A stretch of DNA of 62,707 nucleotides, the filler included, from Basidiobolus ranarum (Eukaryota): the NCBI GenBank assembly GCA_040143965.1. It is 32 parts of 32 records of this genome, joined end to end, with 100 filler letters (N's around TTAATTAATTAA, not from the genome) between each part and the next. Parts side by side here need not be neighbours in the genome. Positions count along the whole stretch, not along the records: positions 1 to 1,871 come from JASJQH010004181.1; positions 1,972 to 3,842 come from JASJQH010004182.1; positions 3,943 to 5,812 come from JASJQH010004183.1; positions 5,913 to 7,781 come from JASJQH010004184.1; positions 7,882 to 9,750 come from JASJQH010004185.1; positions 9,851 to 11,718 come from JASJQH010004186.1; 26 more parts are not named here. One strand, given 5' to 3'. Both the position numbers and the translations under genes were made by a program. This document shows positions 1 to 11,718 of the stretch, piece by piece. Numbering within the stretch: position 1 is the first letter of the stretch; every line of letters begins with the position of its first letter. Below the pieces are notes generated by a model. The model did no database searches and had not been told where the DNA came from. It worked only from the letters and a program-made list of their open reading frames with translations.

Positions 1-693
1 ATTAAAATTTCATCTGATTTGTCCCAAAATGATTCAAAACAAGGCCGGGAGTTCCCCTATCAATCAATGGTTGCTAGTTTAATATATAAAGTGGTTGGAA
101 CATGTCCAGACATTGCTGTGGCAGTGAGAACTGTCATCCAATACCTCAAAAATCCAGGATCTGAGCACAAAACTGCAGTAAAACAAATATTCAGGTATTC
201 AAGGGGAACTGTAGATCTAGTTCTGGAATACTCTGCCACTCCTGATGCCCAAAATTTTGAAGGCTACAGTGATGCAGACTGGGGAAGAGACCTTGACAAT
301 AGGAGATCAACAACTGTATACACTTTTCTCTATGGAAATGGAGCTATAACTTGGAATAGTAAGAAGCAACCAACCATAGGACTTTCTACTACAGAAGCAG
401 AGTATATGGCTGCCTTTGCTACTACAAAAGAAGCTATGTGGCCAAGAAAGTTATATACACACTTAGGATACATGCAAAAACGTGCTATTAGTGTATTTGA
501 AGATCATCAAAGTTGGATTTCATTTGCTAAAAACCCTAAATTTCATGCTAGAACAAAACATATAGATATCAGGCATCATTTTGTTAGAGAAGCGATAGAG
601 AATGATATAATTGTACTTGTCTATTGCCCTACTGAAGAAATTATAGCTGATATCTTAACCAAACCTTTAGCTAAAGCACAATTTGAATTATAA
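1..693 (+). mobile_element. Ty1/Copia pol fragment: RT C-terminus and RNase H
   Basis: YQSMVASLIY, GYSDADWGRDLDNRRSTT, STTEAEY, RTKHIDIRHHFVRE, ADILTKPL motifs. Confidence 0.96.
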
Positions 694-729
694 GATATAA
701 GTTAGGTTTAAGAGAAATACAAACTCAAT

Positions 730-1006
730 TCTGTCATTCAACAACTTGTGTTTATTGCTCTAATTGATAGAAATATCAATTAGATCACTTTACCAATTTT
801 CACTATTTTCTCAAAACTTCTCCAAATCACCTAAAATATTCACCCATTCTTAACAGGCATGTTTGTTGTGATCTAAGCACATCCAATAGTCCTATTTCAT
901 AGTAAACTATAAATAGGACATATTCAATTCAATAAAACTTAAATGTTTAATTCACAAATCCAAATCTTGTCCAAAACCCTTCCAAATCCCCTAAACACTT
1001 TTATCA
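730..1006 (+). repeat. Copia LTR family C (partial)
   Basis: Follows RNase H and ends ...cacttttatca; homologous to 15870-16140 (-) and to 46975-47060 (-), which abuts a PBS and gag. Confidence 0.7.
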
Positions 1007-1871
1007 TTACAGAATATTATAACCAGACTTGTTATGAGAAGGCCCTCCTGAGCCTGTCTTCCTGTGAAGCCACTATTGGGATGGTGAAATATCTTCTCAA
1101 AGTCAGGCAAATTTGAGTCTGTGCCAATGAATTGTTTGTCCATTAGCTGATATGTGTGTCATAGGCAATCTCTGGTAACTTTAAATATCCAGTTTAAAGA
1201 AACTGAAGTTTTTTTTGGTGATTTTTCACAATGGCACAAAGGTTCCTTTGGCAATTAATTTTGTCTTTATGGTGTCATTAGTATATGTCTTAACTTTGGG
1301 AGCACTGGCTTCAACTCTTGATTTTACTGCTTGGATATGCTTCTCCTTTGCTACTATTTGGTTAGGTTCATCTATTAAAAGGATGGTAGGTTGGGGTTTC
1401 ATTTGTTTGCCGGAATATTTAGATGACATCTACAGACTAAGTAAAAGGGTGACTTCTGAGTTGTGCTATGTACTCTGTTTTGGAAGGCAGTTATGCTGGA
1501 TTAATGTACCCATTGCAATTGTATGTTTTTGCATTTCTATACTGCTAGATCATCCTACCAACAAGTCCATATAATCTCTTGATGACTGCATTAGTTACTA
1601 GATGGTGGCAAGAAGTTCTCCAATGCCAGATATTTTTGAGTTCTAAATTAGCTCTGCTTTCTTGACCATACAGTTAGCCCCTCTTTTTATCAATTATTCT
1701 GTGAAATCAAATATGGTATAGAGTTTCTACATGTCTAGCAATTTTGCCTGCCTCAGGATAAATTTAGTTATGTACTTTTTCCCCTGTTAGTTCAAAGAAT
1801 ATTTGGTCTGCCAGAAATTTTAGTATTGGTATAGGGCACTCCAATTCTTCCTTGACAAATATTTCCTTGAG

Positions 1872-1971
1872 NNNNNNNNNNNNNNNNNNNNNNNNNNNNN
1901 NNNNNNNNNNNNNNNTTAATTAATTAANNNNNNNNNNNNNNNNNNNNNNNNNNNNNNNNNNNNNNNNNNNN
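1872..1971. other. Artificial contig-joining spacer (first of 31 identical spacers, about every 1.96 kb)
   Basis: 44 N + TTAATTAATTAA (stops in all six frames) + 44 N; contig lengths fall steadily from 1871 to 1854 bp. Confidence 0.99.
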
Positions 1972-3842
1972 CTGTAAGAGAAGAAAACAATGCAAAACTA
2001 TCTGAAATCAAAGTTTTACTCCAGGTTAAAAAAGAACAAAGTGCCTTTAACATAATTTGTCTTGATGTTAAATACAAATTGCTGATTCAATGTTCAAGAG
2101 CTAAAGCTGCCAAGAATGTATGGAAAGCCTTGGAAGACACCTACAAAACAAGTTCTGCTGCCAACAAGATGCTTCTAGAAAGACAATTCTTTAACTTAAA
2201 GATGAAGCCAGGAGAAGACATTGAATCACTAATTAATAGAGTCACTATTTAAGTGGATGATATGGAATGCTTTGGAGCACCTACTACTGATCAAGATATC
2301 ATAGTCACAGTCCTGAATAGCCTGCCACATGAGCTTCAGTGTCTATTAATGGCTCTAAAATTAAGAACTGAAAATTTGACCTTAAGTTATGTATTTGGCA
2401 GACTTCTGGATGATGATTTATGCAAATCAGGATCCAACCAAAAGAATGAAGAAAATGCTTTAATAGGCTATGGGAAACCTTCCTATAAAGGTCAAAAGCA
2501 CTTTAAAAAAAAAAGTAATACATTCTGTGATTACTGTAAAAGAACTGGCCATTTAAGCAGAGATTGCTTCAAAAGAAAAGCAAAAGAAGAAAAACATACT
2601 AAATCTTGAAATGTGGTTACCACAGAAGATCACTTATTCATATCTGCTCTATCTATGACTACCATCAAGGATTCTCAGGCATGGTATATTGATTTTGGAG
2701 CTTCCTAACATTTCACAAATGAAAAATGTTGGTTTGTGGATTATGAAAAAATCCCAATTAGAAAGGTTTTCATGGGAGATGACCACACTTTGGATGCTGT
2801 TGGAATGGGAACAATTCAAGTCAATTTAACTAGAGCTTCTGAAGAGAAAGTATATACTTTTAAGGATGTACTAAATGTGCCAGATATTGTGAAGACTTTA
2901 ATATCTGTATGCAAAGCCATCTCAGAAGGGCTAAAATTTAATTTTGATAAGTCAGGATTCACCATCACTGGTCAAAATGGGAATTATTTAGCTTTGGGAG
3001 AAAAGGATCTGTACCTATACAAACTTACATATAATCCAAGAGACTTATGTGTAAATACAAGTTATTCCAATCAAGAAATTATTCAATTATGGCATAAGAG
3101 ATTTGGCCAAGTTGGATTTGATTTTTTGAGTAAAATTATCAAAAATCACCTAATTTCTGGAATTCAAATTAACCCCCCAACCAAAATGAAAATTTGTGAG
3201 GGTTGTATATAAGGAAGACAAGCCAGGCAACTATACAAGAGCTTTGGCTTAATCAAATCTGTCAAAAAATTGGCTCTAATTCATTCAAATTTGTGGGGAC
3301 TAATGCAAAATTTATCTTTAGTTTAAAAAAGATATTTAATGACATTTATTGATGATTATACAAGATACACTTGGGTCTACTTTATGGAAAGAAAAGAAGA
3401 AGCTCTCACTATCTTTAGAGATTTTAAAGCACTTGTGGAGACTGTAACTGGAACTAAAATCAAAAAAATACATACTGATAATGGTGGAGAATATGCTTTA
3501 ACACTTTTTAAGCACTTTTGCATACCTTTTAGGCAGAATCTGTTGCTACAGCTGTATACCTGAAGAATAGGAGCTTTACCAGAAGTTTGTCTAACTCTAC
3601 ACCATATCAAGCTTGGTTTGGAGTTAAACCTGATGTAAAACATTTGAGGATCTTTGGATTTATTGCTTATGTCAAAATTGTGACCAAAAATTGGTCTAAA
3701 TTTGATACAAAAAGTAAGAAATGCATATTTCTGGGTTATTGTACTCAAACTAAGGCCTACAGACTCTATGATACCAATATTTCCAAGTTAATCAAGTCCA
3801 GGGATGCTTTGTTTAATGTAAATGAAAAAATTTTATTGGGAA
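1972..3842 (+). mobile_element. Decayed Ty1/Copia family A gag-pol: gag, CCHC knuckle, protease, pre-integrase, integrase
   Basis: CDYCKRTGHLSRDC knuckle; WYIDFGAS protease; LWHKRFG; TFIDDYTRYTWVY; TDNGGEY; KCIFLGY; many stops and an internal deletion. Confidence 0.95.
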
Positions 3843-4112
3843 NNNNNNNNNNNNNNNNNNNNNNNNNNNNNNNNNNNNNNNNNNNNTTAATTAATTAANN
3901 NNNNNNNNNNNNNNNNNNNNNNNNNNNNNNNNNNNNNNNNNNAACATTTACTTAATTCGGAGATTGCCAATTGTGTGCAAACAGTATATGACTTCAGGTG
4001 TTCAGATCAGTGGTGAAAGCCAAACAATCATTTGGACATGAAGATAGTTTAATAACTAAAGAATTATAAGTCATACAATTGACAAGTGTTTTCCACTTGT
4101 ACCAGGTCTGTG

Positions 4113-5812
4113 CCCTAACAGAAATTTGAGGACTGTTATTGTAGGAAAACTGTCACAATTTTAATCCATTTTGGATTGACCATTTACTTACCATCATAAA
4201 ATTGGCAAGTTTGATTTGATTTTAATCAATTTTTTCAGTTTCAGGACTGAAAATGCAAGATCTTGCAAAATAGTTGCACATGAATGGCTACAATGTCAGC
4301 AACCTTTGGACCAACATATGTGCAAAAAAGGAACTCAAATTTTACACATATACTACTTGAATGCTTATTTGTCACCTTTGCAATTCCTAGTTTCTTTGAT
4401 ATGTTCTCCTGAATATTTTTATAAAGTTATTCATACCCATGGTTTAGCTCATACCCAACACAAGTTTGCATCAATATCTCCATCAAAGCCCACCATTGTA
4501 TTAACGTTGCTGAATCAACATTCTTCCAGTTATCTGGCAGATACCATGCAATATTGTGCCACTCAGTATTAAGTTCTTCCCAGATATCTGCATGGTCAAC
4601 ACCAGACTGAATGTCAACTTGAATGTTCTTCTTCTGAAGCCACTTTCCACATACTTACACTGCATTTTTCCCTTCACACTTTTGAAAACACTACTCAAGT
4701 ACTTTTACTATTTTCATACATCCTTGTAGTGTGACACTACTGAGGGTCCTTGGGAGTGTTTGTACAGCTTTTTGCTTGCCTTTAACTTTGGGACTAATTT
4801 CAAAACTTTGGAAAGTACCAGTTGAGGTTGAAGAACCATGAGTTTTAATTGCTGGTGCCTTAGCTTGTTGAGAGGTACCAGGTGTTGGATAAACTTCCAA
4901 ATTTAGCACTCTTCCAGCTGGTGTACCTGATTCCATGGTGAAATTAAGCTTTGTTGCCTGTATATCTGACTCTGGAAATGTAGATCTTTGTAATGGTGTG
5001 AAGAATTTGGTAAGTGGGACAGTAGAGCCTAAACTCACTGGCTCCTTTGCTCTTCCCTTGGGTCTAATAACTTCCTGCTCCTTGAGTACTTCTTTAGCTG
5101 CTTTTCTATCTTTTCCAAGTCAATAATTATGTAAATATTTGGGATGTTTCATAAATAGGCCTATACCAGCCCAATTGCCATTTGCTTGCAAAAACCCATG
5201 ATAAGCAACATAAAATAAGGGAAGAACCTTCAGAGTAACACCTGGTTTTTGGTTTTTCCACAATTAGCTCAAATCTAGGTGATTATGGGCAAGATTCCAC
5301 ACAGTTTCCAAAATGTTAAACCGCCCATTGTCACAGCAAGTGACAGCAGCTCCAACATTCAGAGTCTTTTGGTTTGCCAGTTTTCCTATGAGATTTCTAC
5401 TTTCATGTGCCCAAGCAATTTTGGGTTGTTGTAAAGCAACTTTGTAGTTTTTACTTATCATTGCATACAAATCATCATGGTGTTCTGCCTGCAATTCCCT
5501 TGTTGTATTTATTCTATCCAAATTTTCTGCATGGGGTTTGTTTAATAGTGAACAAAGTAGCCATTTTGGAAGTTGATGGGCCTGACAGTGTTTCAGTCAA
5601 GCTTTGCTCAACTATTGATTTACTATGTAATTTAGGGACTACAATCTCTTCACTTGCACTATTGCTGGAAAGGAACATATCTAGTAAATTGCTTAATGCT
5701 TGATCATTACTTGTGTTAGTGTCTTGCATTTTAATGCCTTACTAATTGGATATTTGATTTCTGGTCTGCTCATCAATTAAGTACGCTGTTCTTGCTTGTT
5801 TTTTTCCTTTTT
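4113..5812 (-). mobile_element. CMC/CACTA-like transposon end (terminus CCCTAACAGAAAT at 4113) with degenerate accessory ORF reading toward the terminus
   Basis: Same terminus in about 9 copies in the window; ORF pieces 5514-5729, 5264-5521 and 4691-5038 are collinear with 25587-26740 and 33439-34010. Confidence 0.75.
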
Positions 5813-6140
5813 NNNNNNNNNNNNNNNNNNNNNNNNNNNNNNNNNNNNNNNNNNNNTTAATTAATTAANNNNNNNNNNNNNNNNNNNNNNNNNNNNNNNN
5901 NNNNNNNNNNNNAAAGATTTCTCGCGTGTAGTCTCTGAGGAACTCGTAAAATAACGATTACCTGCTGATTGAGTATAACTAGTAGAATTTTTACTATTAA
6001 AAGTACCTACTAGCGTTAAACTGGTTGCATTGGCTCTGGATTATTTCTCACTAAGCAAATATACCATTGGAATGGCTTTCTGGCCAATAATTTATATTAT
6101 ATTTAATCTTCCTCCTTCGGAATGTTACTAGAGTCATAAC

Positions 6141-6487
6141 TGTTGAAATTGGCATGCCTAAGCACCTATATAATTATATATAGCTTAGTACTTAGTAATC
6201 ATATAATTCACTAAGATATTATCACTTATTCTCATATGGAATTTACTTGGAATATTTTTACCAACTTAGAAGCTCTCAAGTATATAAATTTTTCAAACAT
6301 GTGCTAGAAGCCCCAACCTTTGCACACATCTTCCTGGCATCTCCCTTAACACATTTTACATGTTAATTTGTGTACATCCTGATAAAACTGTGAATGTCAA
6401 CTTTCTGCTCAATAAATCAATTACTGAAAACCACTAATTACTCTGATTCTCCAAACCACTTCCAACAGGCTCCCAAATACTTTAACA
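6141..6487 (+). repeat. 5' LTR, Copia family A
   Basis: TGTTGAAA...TTTAACA (TG..CA ends), followed by a degenerate PBS and gag; many further copies in the window. Confidence 0.92.
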
Positions 6488-6518
6488 AATTATAAGCCCC
6501 AAGCTTGCACTCTCTGTA

Positions 6519-7319
6519 ATGTATAATCCTCAAATTTACGGAACTTTTCCTTCTTATGAAAAATTGGATGAAACCAATCTTCAAGTTTGGAAAATTAAAA
6601 TGAAAATGATGCTCCAAGAAAAAGGACTCTGGGACACTGTTATAGGAGAGCAAAGCAATGCAAAACTATCTGAGACCAAAATTTTACTCAAGGTTAAAAA
6701 AGAACATAGTACCTTTAACACAATTTGTCACAATATTAAAGACAAATTGCTAATTCAATGTTCAGGAGCTAAAACTGCCTAAAAGGTATGGGAAGCCTTG
6801 GAAGACACCTACCAAACAAGTTCTGCTGCCAACAACATGTTTCTAAGAAGACAATTCTTTAACTTAAAGATGAAGCCAGGTGAAGACATTAAATCACTTA
6901 TTAATAGAGTTACTATTTTAGTGGATGAAGTGGAATACATTGGAGTACCTACTACTGAGCAAGACATCATAGTAACAGTCCCAGATAGCCTGCCATATGG
7001 GTTTCAGAACCTGGTAGTGGCTCTAGGATCAAGAACTGAAAATTTGACCTTAAATTATGTATTTGGCAGATTTCTGGATGAAGATTTATGCAAATCAGGA
7101 TCCAGCTAAAAGAATGAGGCAGGTCCCTTAATAGGCAATAGGAAACCTTCCTATAAAGGTCACAAGAACTTTAAGAAGAAAAGTAACACATTGTGTGATT
7201 TCTCTGAAAGAACTGGCCATTTAAGCAAAGATTGCTTTAAAAGAATTGCAAAAGAAAAATGTACTGAATCTTGAAATATGGTTACAACAGAAAATCATTT
7301 GTTTATATCTGCTCTATCT
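6519..7319 (+). mobile_element. Copia family A gag (decayed)
   Basis: KLDETNLQVWKIKMKMMLQEKGLW, UBN2-like region and degenerate knuckle; interrupted at 7320 by a CMC insertion. Confidence 0.92.
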
Positions 7320-7781
7320 CCCTAACAGAAATTTGAGGATTGTTATTGTAGGATAACCGTCACAATTTTAATCCATTTGGGATTGACTGTTTAATTACCA
7401 TCATAAAATTGTCAAGTCAGATTTGACTTTAATCAAATTTTTCAGTTTCAGGAGTGAAATTTCAAGATATTGCAAAATAGATGCAAATGATTGGCTAAAA
7501 TCTCAGAGAATTATGGATCAACACATGTGCAAAAAATTTAACTCAAATTTTACACAATTACCACTTGTACGCTAATTTGTCACCTTCAAAATCCCTAGTC
7601 TCTTTGATATATTCTCTTGAATACTTTTATAGAGTTCTTCATACCCAAGGTTTAGCTCATACCCAACGCAAGTTTGTGTCAATATCTCCATCAAAGCCCA
7701 CCATTGTATTGATGCTGCTGAATCAACATTCTTCCAGCTATCTGGTGGATAACCTGCAATATTATGCCACTCTATATTAAG
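7320..7781. mobile_element. CMC element end inserted into Copia
   Basis: CCCTAACAGAAATTTGAGG starts at 7320, cleanly truncating Copia sequence that continues uninterrupted in the copy at about 2655. Confidence 0.8.
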
Positions 7782-7881
7782 NNNNNNNNNNNNNNNNNNN
7801 NNNNNNNNNNNNNNNNNNNNNNNNNTTAATTAATTAANNNNNNNNNNNNNNNNNNNNNNNNNNNNNNNNNNNNNNNNNNNN

Positions 7882-8304
7882 ATAATCAAAGAAGCAATGA
7901 GGTTAGTCCCACCTGTGCCTAGCCTAGGTACACGTGAAAGTACGAAGCTCGTTAAATTTCAAGACAAGCTATTCCCAACTGGAACGAAATTTGCACCACA
8001 TGTATACTCCATGCAAAGATCCAAAAGCTATTGGAGTGACCCCGAAGTATTTAAGCCAGAAAGGTTTTTAGATGAGGATAAATTAGTGTCGTCTAGTTGG
8101 CTAGCCTTTGGTAGTGGCTCTAGACAATGTATTGGCATGAACTTCTCACTAATGGAGCAGCGAGTTTCTTTGTCAATGTTGCTGCGACGATACAGTTGGT
8201 CTCTACCCGAGGACTCAGTTCATACAAATAGGATCTTGAAAATCAGCTCTAGGGGGCTATTAGCTCCAGAAACATCAGAGCTTCGTTTTGAACATTTGAC
8301 TTAG
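7882..8304 (+). CDS. Cytochrome P450, 3' part
   Basis: KEAMR (ExxR), FKPERF, heme motif FGSGSRQCIG; 5' end cut by the contig edge. Confidence 0.97.
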   Translation: MIKEAMRLVPPVPSLGTRESTKLVKFQDKLFPTGTKFAPHVYSMQRSKSYWSDPEVFKPERFLDEDKLVSSSWLAFGSGSRQCIGMNFSLMEQRVSLSMLLRRYSWSLPEDSVHTNRILKISSRGLLAPETSELRFEHLT

Positions 8305-8861
8305 TTTAATAACTTGTTGTAGCCCTTAGTTTCGACACTAAATTATCTCACGTGTAATAACTATTTCACTTACATATTTGATATGTCCAACATTTGAGTT
8401 TATATGCACATGTAATAAGGGTTACTTCATACTGTTGTCATTCCGAGCATTATCATAAAGAAGTTTTAATAGAAGAGAAGACGTGTCACGCTGTATGTCA
8501 TTCAACTCTTTCTGCTCCGCAATCAGCCGTTTGGGCATTGTTTTGAAATTCATTTTGAACTTTATCACTGTGATATTAGGCTTCTTAATGAAACATGATG
8601 TTGAAATAATACTGCGAACAGAATCGTAAGCCATCATGTAAACACAACTTGCTTTCTAATACTAAAATCTTAGCAAATCCTCAGACAATCACATTGGCTC
8701 TGTATCATGACCATGATATTGCTTGGTCTTACTTTTTATGGAATCTGCTACTGGTGACCTGTAAATAGAGGCAAGGCTGAGTTTTAACCTTCAATTTGCC
8801 AACTTCCTCAATATCTCTTGCACCAAATATTTTACTACTTGCGACAGTCGTGCCTTATTTG

Positions 8862-9251
8862 ATGTCAATCCTATTGACATATCCAAGGCTGTTTACAACC
8901 ACTACCATAGCTCTCGTTCCCATTTATCTTATCTACAAGTGGATCCGGCCACCGTCATATTTGAAAGATGTCCCTGGTCTATCACTTATGACTATACTTA
9001 AAAGATTGTTTTCCCAAGAGAGGTTTTCTCTCACATTACGGAATAATTTACAACCGATATTGGAGGAGCAGAAAATGCCAAAGGTAAAGGCACTATGTTA
9101 ACCAGTCAACCCATTGTGAAAACTATCGGACATTCACCTGAGCAGGTTTATTTCGGAACCCAAGGACTCAATCCATACCAACGGAACCTTGAAAACCAGA
9201 TCAAGCGGGCTACTAGTTCCAGACACAACAGAGCTTCGTTTTGAACATTAG
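8862..9251 (+). pseudogene. Internally deleted tandem P450 paralogue
   Basis: Hydrophobic anchor plus RPP..VPG exon, GT donor at 9084, AG at 9144-9145; from about 9159 the sequence aligns to the last ~95 nt of the upstream P450 (cagagcttcgttttgaacatt). Confidence 0.8.
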
Positions 9252-9850
9252 ACTAGGTTTGATAACCTTTTTAGCCCGCTGATTCCTGTATGAATGTACC
9301 AATACTTTCAAACCAGTTACACCTATAAGCCACTTGGATATATATATGCACTAGTAAGAAAATATATCATTAACTCATACAAATACCACTTGTTCGCGCC
9401 GTTTCACTAATAATCATCTTCTACTATAAAAAAAATAGTTGAAGTAGGTAGCAAACCTATCGCAATGAGTATAAAATGATTGATCAGTAGATTATTATAT
9501 GTGTGAAGTGAATCTGCTTGTTGGCTAGATTATGATGTGTGAAGTGAATATTTTGATTGCTTTTTGTACATTGAAATATTTACAATCTATCAATCATGAA
9601 CCAACCATAAACATGGTTGCATTGGGTGAATCTGATGTAGGAAGTGGTAGCATAAACAATCCCCTTGAAGTGCAGACAACAATCTGGTTGGCATCATTTA
9701 CAGAGATGTCATACAGCTTCTCTGGACTGGATTGCTTACAAAAATCGTATNNNNNNNNNNNNNNNNNNNNNNNNNNNNNNNNNNNNNNNNNNNNTTAATT
9801 AATTAANNNNNNNNNNNNNNNNNNNNNNNNNNNNNNNNNNNNNNNNNNNN

Positions 9851-11718
9851 TAGTTAAATTTTGTGTATTTATCATAGATCTTGCCATTTCTATTATAGTC
9901 CAGATAGCTCTTTTGGCAACTCCATTTTGTTGAGTTGAATAGGGGGCAGTAGCTTCTTACTTAATTCCATGAACCTTGCAAAAGTGCTTAAATAGTGTTG
10001 AAGTATACTCTTCATTGATATGAGTACATATTTTCTTGATTTTAGTTCTAGTTTCAGTCTCCACAACTGTTCTAAAATCTCTGAAGATAGAGTTAGCTTC
10101 TTCTTTTCTTTACATAAAGTAGTCCCAAGTGTATCTTGTATAATGATCATTAAATGTCATTGAATATCTTTTTCTGCCTAAAGATAAATTTTGCATAGGT
10201 CCACACAAATCTGAATGAATTGGATCCAATTTTTTTGACCAATTTGATTCAACCAGAGCTTTTGAATGGTTAGCTGGCTTGTTCTCCATATATATGAACC
10301 TCACAAATTTCCATTTTGGTAGGGGGGTTAATTTGAATTCCAGAATTAGGCAATTTTTGATTGTTTTGATCATATAATCTAATCCAATATGACCAAATCT
10401 TGTATGTCAAAAATAAATAGTTTCTTCAATGGAATAACTGATATTACATATAGACCTCTTGGATTTTATGTAAGTTTGTATATGTTCTGATCCTTTTCTC
10501 CCAAAGCTAAATAATTCCCATTTCGATCAGTGCTGGTGCATCCTAATATATCAAAAAGGAATTTTAGTCCTTCTGAGGTGGCCTTGCATACAGAGAATAA
10601 ATTCTTGGCAATATCTGGAACTTGTAGTACATCCTTAAAAGTATATACATTCTCCTCAGAGGCTCCAGTTAAATTGACTTGAATTGTTCCCATTCCAATA
10701 GCATCCAATGTGCAGTCATCTCCCATGAAAACCTTCCTAATTGGGATTTCTTCATAATCCACAAGTTAATATTTTTCATTAGTGAAATGATGGTAGGCTC
10801 CAGAACCAATACACAATGTCTGAGAATCCTTGTTGGTAGTCATAGATAGAGCAAATGTGAACAAGTGATCATATGTGATAACCACATTTCCAGACTCATT
10901 ATATTTTTCTTCTTTGCAATTCTTTTAAAGCTATCTTTGCTTATATGGCCAGTTCTTTTACAGTAATCACAGAATATGTTACTTTTCTTCTTAAAATGCA
11001 TTTGACCTTTATAGGAAGGTTTCCCATAGCCTATTAAAGCATTTTCTTCATTCTTTTGTTTAGATCCTAACTTGTGTAAATCTTCATCCAGAAGTCTGCC
11101 AAATACATAATTTAAGGTCAAATATTCAGTTCTTGATTCTAGAGCCTTTACTAGGCTTTGAAACTTATGTGACAGGCTTTCTGGACTGTAACTATGATAT
11201 CTTGATCAGTGGTAGATACTCCAATGCATTCCATTTCATCCACTAAAATGGTGACTCTATTAATTAGTGATTTAATGCCTTCTCCTAGCTTCATCTTTAA
11301 GTTAACAAATTGTCTTCTTGGAAACATCTTGTTGGCAGCAGAACTTGTTTGGTAGGTGTCTTCCAAGGCTTTCCATACCTTGGCAGTTTTAGCTCTTGAA
11401 CATTAAATTAGCAATTTGTCTTTCACATTAATACAAATTGTATTAAAGGTACCGTGTTCTCTTTTAATCTGGAGTAAACTTTGGTTTCAGATAGTTTTGC
11501 ATTGTTTTTTTCTCTTACAACAGTGTCCTAAAGTCCTTTTTTTGCAGCAGCATTTCATTTTAATTTTCCAAACTTGATAATTGGTCCATCTAATTTTTCA
11601 GAATAGAGAAAAGTTCCATAAATTTGAGAAGTAGACATTACAGAGAGTGCAAGCTTGGGGCTCATAACCTGTTAAAGTACTTGGGAGCCTGTTGGAAGTG
11701 GTTTGGAGAATTAGAGGA
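9851..11718 (-). mobile_element. Decayed Copia family A: LTR 3' end, PBS, gag, protease, integrase
   Basis: LTR end 11670-11718, PBS 11658-11669, CDYCKRTGH knuckle, IHSDLCGPM. Confidence 0.95.
11658..11669 (-). promoter_or_regulatory. Primer-binding site GGTTATGAGCCC complementary to the tRNAiMet anticodon arm
   Basis: Directly abuts the LTR's terminal CA; + strand reads GGGCTCATAACC, the initiator-tRNA anticodon stem-loop. Confidence 0.85.

Noticed and set aside
1007-1871. Overlapping ORFs 1215-1574 and 1226-1429
   Set aside because: CpG-depleted, probably decayed repeat; I could not assign a family
4216-4572. Recurrent ORFs such as HTQGLAHTQHKFVSISPSKP (also 7565, 21606, 26528, 33803)
   Set aside because: Antisense shadows of the CMC accessory ORF; they recur because the DNA is repeated
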